A stretch of DNA of 64,000 nt, taken from positions 174 through 64,173 of the forward strand of contig JACNKC010000057.1 in the NCBI GenBank assembly GCA_014382245.1, written 5' to 3'. A model generated the notes under the pieces. The model did not search any database and was not told where the DNA came from. It worked only from the letters and a program-made list of their open reading frames with translations. Made by a program: the position numbers and the translations under genes. Each line of letters starts with the position of its first letter. Within the stretch, counting starts at the first letter, position 1. This document shows, one piece after another, positions 37,015 to 45,774 of the stretch. This DNA comes from Pseudomonadota bacterium. GTDB taxonomy: Bacteria > Desulfobacterota > Binatia > UBA1149.

Positions 37015-37793
37015 ACGAACTACTGAGAAGCGAAATCAACGACGGCGTGGTGACCATAACGCTGACGCAACCCGGCAACATGAACGCGCTCAGCCTGGGC
37101 ATGCTCGACGTCCTGATGGAGGCCCTCGACCGGGCCGCCGCCGATGACAGCGTGAGAGTGGTCGTGCTTGCCGCCGAGGGCAAGGTGTTTTGTGCGGGTG
37201 CCGATCGGGCCGAGATGATAGAGCGCGAACCCGCCGAGTGGGAACCCATCGTGGATCGTTATCTCGATCCCGTGCGCGCGATAGCGGGCATGGACAAGCC
37301 GGTGGTGGCGCGCCTGCACGGCGACACGGTCGGGGGCGGATTCGGACTGGCGATGGCCTGCGACTTCAGGGTGGCCGTGGAGGGCATACGGCTGGGCGCG
37401 CCGTTTGTTCGCATTGGACTGGCCGGTTGTGACATGTCGGCCGGGTATTTTCTTCCACGCTTGATCGGCCTGGGCGCGGCCACCGAGATGATGATGACCG
37501 GCCGCCTGGTCAAGGCCGAAGAGGCCCTGGCCATGGGCCTGGTTCACCGCGCGGTCGCGGTTGACCAGCTGGACGATGAACTGGCCGAGCTCGTGGGGCG
37601 GCTGAGGAACGGGCCGCCGATAGCGTTGGCGTTTACCAAGCGCGCGATCAGGCGTTCGCTGGATCGCGACATGAATTCGGAGTTCGACTACGAGGTATTT
37701 GCCCAGGTGCAGTGCATACAGACCGAGGATCATCGCGAGGGGGTGAAGGCGTTTTTCGACGAGAAGCGCGCGCCGATTTTTCGTGGAAAGTAG
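37011..37793 (+). CDS. Enoyl-CoA hydratase/isomerase (crotonase family)
   Basis: VVTITLTQPGNMNALS...VVARLHGDTVGGGFGLAMACDFRVA is the crotonase signature. Confidence 0.85.
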   Translation: MNELLRSEINDGVVTITLTQPGNMNALSLGMLDVLMEALDRAAADDSVRVVVLAAEGKVFCAGADRAEMIEREPAEWEPIVDRYLDPVRAIAGMDKPVVARLHGDTVGGGFGLAMACDFRVAVEGIRLGAPFVRIGLAGCDMSAGYFLPRLIGLGAATEMMMTGRLVKAEEALAMGLVHRAVAVDQLDDELAELVGRLRNGPPIALAFTKRAIRRSLDRDMNSEFDYEVFAQVQCIQTEDHREGVKAFFDEKRAPIFRGK

Positions 37794-37816
37794 CAGGCAG
37801 GACGGGAGCAGGGTTC

Positions 37817-38965
37817 ATGGCTGAAGCAGATTTTTACTTGAGCGAGGAGCAACGGTCGTTGCAGTCGACCTTGCGCGACTTTGTCGCTGCCGAGGTGGAG
37901 CCGCTCGCCCAGGGGGCCGACGATGACGAGCGCTTTCCGGTGCAGGTGTTGCGCAAACTGGGTGGGCTTGGCTATCTCGGACTGCGTTTCCCCGTTGAGG
38001 TGGGCGGGGCGGGGGGTAGCAACCTCGACTACGCGGTCATGTGCGAGGAGATGGCGCGCGGCTCGGCCGGTATAGCGCTGGGAGTGTACGTCCACACGGC
38101 GCTGGCCTGTTCGGCCTTGACGGAGTTCGCGTCCGATGATTTGCGCGAACGCTGGCTCGCCCCGGCACTGCGCGGCGAGGCCATCGGCGGCTGGGCTTTT
38201 GCCGAGGCCGGGGCCGGGTCTGACGCCGCGTCGATTACTACCAGCGCCGCCGTCGATGGCGATGACTACGTTCTCAACGGCGCCAAGATGTACATCACCA
38301 ATGGCACCATAGCCGACTTCCTGGTGGTGGTCGCCTCCACGACGCCGGGGCAGGGGCTCAAGGGTCTGTCGTTGTTTCTCGTGGAGGCCGACCGTCCCGG
38401 TTTCAAGGTCGCTCGCCCCTTGTCCAAGCTTGGGGTTCGGGCTTCGGAGATGGCCGAGCTTGTTTTCGAAGACTGCCGGGTGCCGCGTGAAAACCTGCTG
38501 GGAAGAGAGGACAAGGGTTTCCTCGACGCGCTCAGGGTGCTGGTGTTCGGTCGCATAGCGTCGGCGGCTTTCGCCGTAGGGATCTCTCGTGCGGCGTTGG
38601 AGGCCACGGTCGAGCATGTGCGCGAGCGGCGGCAGTTCGGTGTGTCGGTCGGTAGCTTCCAGGCGGTGCGCTTCGGGGTCGCCGACATGGCCATGCAGAT
38701 AGAGGCGGCCCGCCTGCTTTGTCACCGGGCAGCCATCGCTGCCGACCGGGGTTTGCCTCACGGCCGTGAAGCGTCGATGGCCAAGCTTTTTGCCACCGAG
38801 ACATGCACGCGCGTGGTCGAGCGAGCGTTGCATTACCACGGGGCAACGGGATTCATGTCGGACTCCCCGGTGCAGCGTTACTACCGCGACTGCAAAGTGT
38901 TCGAATTCGGCGAAGGCTCAAGCGAACTGCAGCGCGAGATGATCGCGCGCGAGCTGGGTCTCTGA
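37817..38965 (+). CDS. Acyl-CoA dehydrogenase
   Basis: Start at ATG 37817 (MAEADFYLSEEQRSLQSTLRDFVAAEV). ACAD domains include the C-terminal YHGATGFMSDSPVQRYYRDCKVFEFGEGSSELQREMIAREL. Confidence 0.85.
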   Translation: MAEADFYLSEEQRSLQSTLRDFVAAEVEPLAQGADDDERFPVQVLRKLGGLGYLGLRFPVEVGGAGGSNLDYAVMCEEMARGSAGIALGVYVHTALACSALTEFASDDLRERWLAPALRGEAIGGWAFAEAGAGSDAASITTSAAVDGDDYVLNGAKMYITNGTIADFLVVVASTTPGQGLKGLSLFLVEADRPGFKVARPLSKLGVRASEMAELVFEDCRVPRENLLGREDKGFLDALRVLVFGRIASAAFAVGISRAALEATVEHVRERRQFGVSVGSFQAVRFGVADMAMQIEAARLLCHRAAIAADRGLPHGREASMAKLFATETCTRVVERALHYHGATGFMSDSPVQRYYRDCKVFEFGEGSSELQREMIARELGL

Positions 38966-39014
38966 GCCGAGGGGGAGTATCCCCCTCGGGCTTTCTTTCT
39001 GATAGAGGGGAAGC

Positions 39015-39992
39015 ATGAACGTGGAATACGGAACCTTCGTACCGCAGGGCTGGCGCATGGAGATGCAGCATCTCCAGGGCGGCCAATCCCAGTGGAATGT
39101 CTTGACCGCGAGCGCGCGCGCGCTTGAAGACGCTGGCTACGACTCGTTGTGGTTGTACGACCACTTTCACACCGTGCCGCGTCCGGCCATGGAGCCGACC
39201 TTCGAGTGCTGGAGTACGATGGCCGCTCTGTCGCAGGTGACAAGCCGAGTGCGCCTGGGCCAGCTGGTGACCTGCAGCGCCTATCGCAACCCGGCTTACC
39301 TCGCCAAGCTGGCCAGCTGCGTTGACGTGATGAGCGGCGGCAGGGTCGACCTTGGAATAGGCGCCGGCTGGAAGACCGAGGAGTTCGAAGCCTACCAGTA
39401 CCCGTTTGCCGGCATACGCGAGCGCCTCGACCGCATGGCCGACACGGCGCGTATCTGCCGCGCGATGTTCACGGACGAGAAAGCCACCGTAGAGGGAGTG
39501 TACCACCGGGTGACCGACGCCATCAACGAGCCAAAGCCCGTGCAGGCCGGGGGGCCCCCGATCTGGATAGGCACGCAGGGCGAAAAAGTCGGCCTGCGCA
39601 TGGTGGCCGAAGTGGCCGACGGCTGGAACCATAACCGTGGGCCCGACGAGTACGAGCGCAAGCGCGAGATCCTTGCAGGGCATTGTCGCGACCGCGGCCG
39701 CGACCCCGACAGCGTGCGCATATCAGTGGAGAACACCTGCGTGATCTACGAGAGCGAAGCCGAGCTACGTGATTTTGCCGCTCGCTGGTGGCCGCACTAC
39801 AACGAGAAACAACTCACCAGGTTCCTGGCCAACTGCTGGACCGGGAGGGCCGAGGATATCGCGGCCGAGATAAGGTTTTTTACCGAGCGGGGAGCGTCGC
39901 TGGTGATCTGCTGGTTCCAGGACCTCTGTGACGCCGGCAATGAGGATTCGCAGGCGCAGCGATTTATGCGCGAGGTCGTGCCGCTGGTCTGA
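39015..39992 (+). CDS. LLM-class F420/flavin-dependent oxidoreductase
   Basis: MNVEYGTFVPQGWRMEM...LWLYDHF...GRVDLGIGAGWKTEEFEAYQYPF...GGPPIWIGTQGEK match the luciferase-like monooxygenase family. Confidence 0.8.
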   Translation: MNVEYGTFVPQGWRMEMQHLQGGQSQWNVLTASARALEDAGYDSLWLYDHFHTVPRPAMEPTFECWSTMAALSQVTSRVRLGQLVTCSAYRNPAYLAKLASCVDVMSGGRVDLGIGAGWKTEEFEAYQYPFAGIRERLDRMADTARICRAMFTDEKATVEGVYHRVTDAINEPKPVQAGGPPIWIGTQGEKVGLRMVAEVADGWNHNRGPDEYERKREILAGHCRDRGRDPDSVRISVENTCVIYESEAELRDFAARWWPHYNEKQLTRFLANCWTGRAEDIAAEIRFFTERGASLVICWFQDLCDAGNEDSQAQRFMREVVPLV

Positions 39993-40094
39993 GCGACAGG
40001 GCTGGCCATACGAGTTTGCCGTGCCTGCACCTGGGGTACAGCCCGCCACCCGTCACGGTCAAATGAAGGGTGGCGGGCCTGCGGTTTGCATGCT

Positions 40095-43000
40095 TCAGCT
40101 CCCGGCCGGCTCGCACACGAACTTCAGTGAATCGGAATCCCGTGTGCCTCGTCCGTTCGTGCCTGGGGTTGAGATCGCCTGCACTTTCAGCTTACCCTTG
40201 CCGGCCCGCGTACCGTCGTTCCTCAGCGGAACCTGAAATTCTACCAGGTCACTGCAGTCACCCTCGACAGTGACCGGCGAGGAGTAGGTTATTTCAGATC
40301 CTGCTCTTCCGCCCAGCGTTGCCTGTCCAGCTGGATCCAGGGACGCTATGGCGTCACGGAGCGCGGTGCCGTTGGCTGCGTCGTGGGGCTTGCGACTGTC
40401 AGGCCTGGGCTTTTTAACCCGTAGCGAATCCACGCCGCTCACCGAGCATGCTAGATCGCCGGTCTTGGGGTCTACGAGGCGAGAGTCATCAAGATTCAGG
40501 CAGGCCGCAAGGCGGAAGACACATACTCCGTTGGCCTGGCCATCTCCGTCGCACACCGGATCACCGTCGCGGCAGGTCTGTTCCGGGTTTATGTAACCTC
40601 TTCTATCGAAGAAGGGGCGGTTGAGGGGGTTGCGTATAGACCACTCCAGCACGCAGTTCTTTTTTGCTGATCCCTTGCCGGGCACGAGGTCACCCGCGGT
40701 TTCGCCCATGTACATGTCGCTGAACTTGCATGTCTCGAACGGCCACACTCCTGTCCCCGATACGGAGGCTGGATCAACGGGGTCAGCATTGTTGTCGTCG
40801 CAGCAGAGCGGCACCGGCGTATCCGGGTCGGCTACACAATCGGCCGTTCTCAGTGAGCAACCGCTTCCAGTGTAGTTGTGTTTACACTTCTTGGTCGCAG
40901 CGGGGAGCATGGGAGTGCTGTTCCGCTTGAGCACCAGGTTCTGCTCCTGCAGGCTCGAGCTGCTCGAGCAGGTACCACCGGCGGGGCAGTTGTCTGGGTT
41001 TTTCTTGCTGCACGGTAGGCCGTCCATGGTGCCGCCCGAGCAGGTGCCCTTGTCTACGAAGCCGTCGTTGATACGATCATCCCAGCACATGCTAACGGTT
41101 ATCGCCGACGCGAACTGGGTGACGCCGGGGGCGGTCGTGTCTTCGGGGGTCAGAATTGCCCGCATGCCAACACCCGCTCCCGCCTCTACCTTGAACTTGT
41201 CACTGCCCGAGCTGTGATCGAAGCCGGTAATGGAAAAACTGGTGTCGGTGGCAATGGCACCAGCTGGTACATCAATGGTAACGCAGCCGTCAGTCGTGGT
41301 GAGCGTGCCTCCGGCAACACCGATGTTCACGCCACCGGACCTAGCCACGGTGCAGTTCTGGTCAGAAAAAGCAGGGCAGTCGTCGCATACATCGCCACCG
41401 TCGCAGCAGCCCTCCTTGCCGACGGGGACCACGCCCGAGCAGCCACCCGAAACCCAGAAAGCGGGGTCGGTACAGTCGTAGTCAGCCTGGTCCGGGTTGT
41501 ACTCGGCGGCGCAGTTGTCATCGGGGTCGCACACGCCGTCGGCGTCTGGATCGGTGCTGTCGCAGGTGTCGGTGGCTTCTTCGCAGTTGTAACAGGTACC
41601 CAGGGCCAGGCAGGGGTCGCCGCCGCTGGTGCAGGCCGCGGCCTGGCAGGTCTCAATGCCCGTGCAGTAAAGCCCGTCGTCCGAGCAGGCCGTTCCGTTG
41701 GCCAGGGCCGGATGCGCGCAGGCGCCCGCGCCATCGCACTGGTCGTCGGTGCATTCGTTGCCGTCGTTCGTGCAGGCTGTTCCCGCACTCACGTCGCAGC
41801 TGTTGGCCGCCTCGTCGCAACTGTCGGCGCACTCGGCGCCACCGACGCAGGGGTCGCCGCCGCTGGTGCAGGCCGCGGCCTGGCAGGTCTCAGCGCCCGT
41901 GCAGTAAAGCCCGTCGTCGGTGCAGGCAGTGTCGTTGGCCACGGCCGGATGCGCGCAGGCGCCCGTGCCGTCGCACACGTCGTCGGTGCATTCGTTGCCG
42001 TCGCTCGTGCAGGCTGTATTCGCCGCCACCGCGCAGCTGTTAGCCGCTTCGTTGCAACTGTCGTCGCATTCGGCGCCACCCACGCAGGGGTCGCCGCCGC
42101 TGGTGCAGGCTCCAGCCTGGCAGGATTCTGAACCAGTACAGTAAAGTCCGTCGTCGGTGCAGACAGTGTCGTTGGCCACCGGCGTGAACACGCAGGCGCC
42201 CAGCGCGCAGGAGTCCGAGGTGCACTCGTTGCCGTCATTGCACACCAGGGTCAGGCAGGGGTCGGGGGCAGGTTCTTTTATTACGTGAGTGGTGCCGTTG
42301 GGGTCGCCTATTCCCGAGCCGCCAACCGATAGATCCAGGGTGCCGTCGCCATCGAGGTCGCCGAGGTCTACGCCCCAGCCGAGATTGCCGTCGTTGACCT
42401 TGCCGTACCAGACCGCCGGTGCGGTGTTTATCGAGGTGTTCAGTCCACTGTAAGTGCCGCCCGAGAGTACAAATACGCCGCCGTTCTGGGCCATTCCGCC
42501 TCCGGAATACAAGGGCGCCCCGATGTAGAGTTCGAGCTTGCCGTCGGCGTCGTAGTCGGCGGCAGCCAGGTCGGTGCCCAGGCGGTCAAACACCGCGTCG
42601 CCGTCTCCTATGCAGCTGTCGGCGCTGGTGTAGGGCGAGGGGTAGTCCACCGGGTAGACCGCGGGCGAAGCCCCTATGGGTCCGTACTTGATGTACACGC
42701 GCGATTCCACCGCCACCCCGTCGCTGGGAGACCCGACCACGAGGTCGTCGATGCCATCGGTGTTGACGTCGGCCACGTCAAGGCCCTGGCCGAACCAGGC
42801 GTCGTCTTTCTTCATGTCGATGCAGGCCGAAGCGACGCAGGAACAGGAGCCGCCACAGGCCGGCGCGCCGTCCATGATGCTCAAGGGCTGGGAGACTGGA
42901 TTGTTGATGGGGCCGTTGGCGCAGAAATTGAACTCGACCACGGCCGCGGTTCCAAGCAGGTATACGCGTCCCGCCCGGGCGAACCCGTGGCGGTGTATGG

Positions 43001-43733
43001 GTGCGCCGACCACGAGATCGACCAGTCCGTCGTTGTCTATGTCGCCGGCTGCCGGGTAGCCGAACATTTCGAGTTGCGCGCCACCGCTCATTATCGAGTA
43101 GCCGTTGCCCCCGGTGTACAGGCGCCAGTTGTCGGCAAATATTTCCTGTCCCCACACGAGTCCCGCCGACTTGTGCAGCACGTGGATGGCACCGCCATCA
43201 ACCTTTACTCCACCCGCTAGGCCGGCCACCGGATCGGCCAGTGGGTCACCGATGATGAGGTCGTTCTGCCCGTCGCAGTCGATGTCGGCAATCTCAAGGC
43301 CCAGGCCGAAACCGCCGCTGCCCGTCAAGGCCGTGGGTGCGTTGATGCGGAAGGCGTTGGGGGCGACGGCGCCGGCTTTGCAAAGCACGCTCACGTCTTC
43401 GGGCGCTGCTCCCATGGCGATGGCCCCGCGTACAAGGCACACGTGGTCGCTGCCGGGCACGCCTATGGCGATGTCGTCAATGCCGTCAGCGTCAAGATCG
43501 CCCACGGCCACGCCGCGGCCCGAATCGGTGGCCAGCGCAGCACCGCCGAGGTAATCGTGGCCGCTCACGGCCTGGGCCGAGACCTCGGCCGGTACCGCCC
43601 AGGCCTGCTGGGCTGTAAGCGTGATGGTGAGCACTGCCAGCGCGAGCAAGGAAAAACCTCGCACTGCGACGCAAGCGCTGCCTGTGCACCCGGGAGCGCT
43701 GCGGTGAATCGACGAATGGTATTCAGTGGTCAT
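40095..43733 (-). CDS. Large secreted FG-GAP (integrin-alpha-like beta-propeller) repeat protein with tandem Cys-rich repeats and a TSP3-like Ca-binding motif (1212 aa)
   Basis: Signal peptide SLLALAVLTITLTAQQAWA. At least six FG-GAP/Ca-binding repeats (e.g. GDLDADGIDDIAIGVPG, GDIDNDGLVDLVVGAP, GDLDGDGTLDLSVGG). About 2.75 near-identical 79-aa Cys-rich modules (ANDTxCTDDGLYCTGxExCQAxACTSGGDPCVGGAEC...GNECTDDxCDGxGACAHPA). A DPDADGVCDPDDNC thrombospondin-type-3-like motif. No recognisable C-terminal sorting tag. Confidence 0.8.
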   Translation of the reverse strand: MTTEYHSSIHRSAPGCTGSACVAVRGFSLLALAVLTITLTAQQAWAVPAEVSAQAVSGHDYLGGAALATDSGRGVAVGDLDADGIDDIAIGVPGSDHVCLVRGAIAMGAAPEDVSVLCKAGAVAPNAFRINAPTALTGSGGFGLGLEIADIDCDGQNDLIIGDPLADPVAGLAGGVKVDGGAIHVLHKSAGLVWGQEIFADNWRLYTGGNGYSIMSGGAQLEMFGYPAAGDIDNDGLVDLVVGAPIHRHGFARAGRVYLLGTAAVVEFNFCANGPINNPVSQPLSIMDGAPACGGSCSCVASACIDMKKDDAWFGQGLDVADVNTDGIDDLVVGSPSDGVAVESRVYIKYGPIGASPAVYPVDYPSPYTSADSCIGDGDAVFDRLGTDLAAADYDADGKLELYIGAPLYSGGGMAQNGGVFVLSGGTYSGLNTSINTAPAVWYGKVNDGNLGWGVDLGDLDGDGTLDLSVGGSGIGDPNGTTHVIKEPAPDPCLTLVCNDGNECTSDSCALGACVFTPVANDTVCTDDGLYCTGSESCQAGACTSGGDPCVGGAECDDSCNEAANSCAVAANTACTSDGNECTDDVCDGTGACAHPAVANDTACTDDGLYCTGAETCQAAACTSGGDPCVGGAECADSCDEAANSCDVSAGTACTNDGNECTDDQCDGAGACAHPALANGTACSDDGLYCTGIETCQAAACTSGGDPCLALGTCYNCEEATDTCDSTDPDADGVCDPDDNCAAEYNPDQADYDCTDPAFWVSGGCSGVVPVGKEGCCDGGDVCDDCPAFSDQNCTVARSGGVNIGVAGGTLTTTDGCVTIDVPAGAIATDTSFSITGFDHSSGSDKFKVEAGAGVGMRAILTPEDTTAPGVTQFASAITVSMCWDDRINDGFVDKGTCSGGTMDGLPCSKKNPDNCPAGGTCSSSSSLQEQNLVLKRNSTPMLPAATKKCKHNYTGSGCSLRTADCVADPDTPVPLCCDDNNADPVDPASVSGTGVWPFETCKFSDMYMGETAGDLVPGKGSAKKNCVLEWSIRNPLNRPFFDRRGYINPEQTCRDGDPVCDGDGQANGVCVFRLAACLNLDDSRLVDPKTGDLACSVSGVDSLRVKKPRPDSRKPHDAANGTALRDAIASLDPAGQATLGGRAGSEITYSSPVTVEGDCSDLVEFQVPLRNDGTRAGKGKLKVQAISTPGTNGRGTRDSDSLKFVCEPAGS
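41611..42265. repeat. Tandem direct repeat, period about 237 bp, about 2.75 copies, high identity; encodes the Cys-rich modules of the FG-GAP protein
   Basis: The 30-mer caggggtcgccgccgctggtgcaggccgcg recurs at 41611, 41849 and (with 2 mismatches) 42084. Flanking sequence is near-identical across copies, and the six-frame ORF track shows mirrored overlapping ORFs over this span. Confidence 0.8.
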
Positions 43734-44252
43734 GTTATCTGTCCCCCCGGCAGGATCCCCTGTAAGGCTCCGGCCGCCGTAATCCTTATTCCTTCAACGA
43801 TGCAATCCCTGTGCCGCATCCGACACAAGCGCTGCGAGGCGCTATTACCCGCTGCGCGTCCTTGCTCCGGCGCTGCAGCCGCTAAGCTGGGTTTTCACCT
43901 GCCGTAGCATCCGGCTGCTTGCTGCCAAGCCTGGTTTGCAGTGGGCGTGGGAGGGCCGGCTGGAGATTCTCCCGCTTCGGCCCTCGTAGACCCCGCTCAT
44001 TGTCCAACTGAGCGGCAGCAACCGGCACTTGTCAACGGGCGCCGGTTCGTGGAGGGCGAATGAGATGGGCAGCGGGTGGCAAAGGGGAGTCTTTTTCGAT
44101 GACCACAAGGCGTTGGCTGTGTATCAGCCGCATAGTCTCGACCCCTGCACAAGGGGGTGAAAGTGGCGCGGTTGACGGGCAACGGCTGAGCGTATAACCA
44201 CTTGGCGGACGGTTGCGGCTCAACGGCTGCGGCGGGCAGAGAGCCTGAGAAG

Positions 44253-45104
44253 ATGAACTACAGGGGAAAGGTGGCGGTGGTTACGGGCGCTTCGTCGGGA
44301 ATAGGCTACCAGGCGGCCCTGGCACTGGCCGAGCGTGGTTGCACCGTGGTGGGTGTCGCGCGCCGGCAGGCCGAACTCGAGGAACTCACCAGCCGCTGCC
44401 GGCGGCACGCGTCGGATTCCACCTTCATGGTCGGCGATCTCGGTGAGCGCGCCTTCGCCGAGCACGTGGTAAACGACAGCGCTCGGCGCTTCGGTCGCCT
44501 CGACATCCTGGTCAACAACGCGGGCATTCCCATTCACAAGCATATCTACGACGTGACTCCCGACGACGTGGAGAGAGTGATGCGTGTTAACTTCATGTCG
44601 AGCGTGTGGACCACGCTGGCGGCGATTCCCCACATGCTGCTGCTGGGCGAGGCGTGGATAGTAAACGTGTCTTCGTTTGCCGCCCAGGTCGCGCCGCCGC
44701 GCGAGACTGCCTACACGGCTTCGAAGGCGGCAATGGATGGTTTTACCGAGGGGCTATGGACCGACCTCGCGGGGTCGGGCATACACGCGGGCCTGGTCAT
44801 CCCGGGGCCCATCGACACCGAGATCTGGGACAAGGACGACAGTCCCAGTGCCTACAGCGGCAACCTGCACCCGCCGTCGATAGTGGTGGACGCCATCCTC
44901 GAGTGCATAGAGAACAAGCTGCGCGAGGTGGTCGCTCCGCGCTACAGTCCGCAGTTGCTCGCCGCCCGCTGGATGAGGTTTCTCACCCCGTCGCTCATGC
45001 TCAAGGGCATGAGCTGGATGGAGCCGGTACCCGAAGAGGTCGTGTCGCGCGCCCGCGCCGCGGCCCGGCGAAAGCGCGACGGTGAAGGGGGGGGCATGGG
45101 ATGA
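44253..45104 (+). CDS. SDR family oxidoreductase
   Basis: Start at ATG 44253 (MNYRGKVAVVTGASSGIGYQ). Contains the NNAG motif and a YTASKAA catalytic Tyr-x3-Lys. Confidence 0.8.
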   Translation: MNYRGKVAVVTGASSGIGYQAALALAERGCTVVGVARRQAELEELTSRCRRHASDSTFMVGDLGERAFAEHVVNDSARRFGRLDILVNNAGIPIHKHIYDVTPDDVERVMRVNFMSSVWTTLAAIPHMLLLGEAWIVNVSSFAAQVAPPRETAYTASKAAMDGFTEGLWTDLAGSGIHAGLVIPGPIDTEIWDKDDSPSAYSGNLHPPSIVVDAILECIENKLREVVAPRYSPQLLAARWMRFLTPSLMLKGMSWMEPVPEEVVSRARAAARRKRDGEGGGMG

Positions 45105-45769
45105 GCCTTCTGCCGACGCCGCTCAGCGAGGGACTGTACGAATACCTGTGCGCACATCGCAGCGGGCACGACACCGGGCACCGCTCGCTGCTCGAAGAGC
45201 TCGCCGAGGAGACCCTGGGCATGGGCGACATCTCGATGATGCAGATAGCGCCCGACCAGGGAGCCCTGTTGACCATGCTCGTGAGCTTGATGGGTGCCCG
45301 CAAGGCGGTCGAGGTGGGTACCTTTACCGGCTACAGCGCGATTTGTATTGCCAGCGGGCTCGCGCCGGGGGGCAGCCTGCTGTGCTGCGACGTCAGCGAG
45401 GAGTGGACCTCGATGGCGCGACGCTATTTCACGCGCGCCGGGTTGGACGACACCATAGAGCTGTGCATCGCCCCTGCCGCCGAAACCCTGCGCGCGCTGT
45501 CCGAGCATGACGACATCGACTTTGCCTTCATCGATGCCGACAAGACCGGCTACCGCGACTACTACGAGCAGTTGCTCCCGCGCATGCGCGCGGGAGGGTT
45601 GATCGTGTTCGACAACGTGTTGTGGCTGGGGCAGGTGGTGCGCGAAGATGATCAATCCGAGAGCACGGTGGCCATGCGTCGTCTCAACGACGCCGTGGTC
45701 GCCGACCCGCGCGTTGAAGCAGTGATGATAAGCGTGGGCGACGGCCTGCTGCTGGCGCGCAAGCTCTGA
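45101..45769 (+). CDS. Class I SAM-dependent O-methyltransferase (family 3, CCoAOMT-like)
   Basis: VEVGTFTGYSAICIA (SAM-binding motif I) and DFAFIDADKTGYRDYYEQLLPRMRAGGLIVFDNVLW are characteristic of cation-dependent O-methyltransferases. ATGA overlap with the SDR gene. Confidence 0.8.
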   Translation: MSLLPTPLSEGLYEYLCAHRSGHDTGHRSLLEELAEETLGMGDISMMQIAPDQGALLTMLVSLMGARKAVEVGTFTGYSAICIASGLAPGGSLLCCDVSEEWTSMARRYFTRAGLDDTIELCIAPAAETLRALSEHDDIDFAFIDADKTGYRDYYEQLLPRMRAGGLIVFDNVLWLGQVVREDDQSESTVAMRRLNDAVVADPRVEAVMISVGDGLLLARKL

Positions 45770-45774
45770 CCGGC

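Noticed and set aside
43734-44252. ORFs of 60-87 aa in the 520-bp gap upstream of the FG-GAP protein gene
   Set aside because: Poor codon bias, no RBS and no motifs. The region is more plausibly a long regulatory/leader region for the giant secreted protein.
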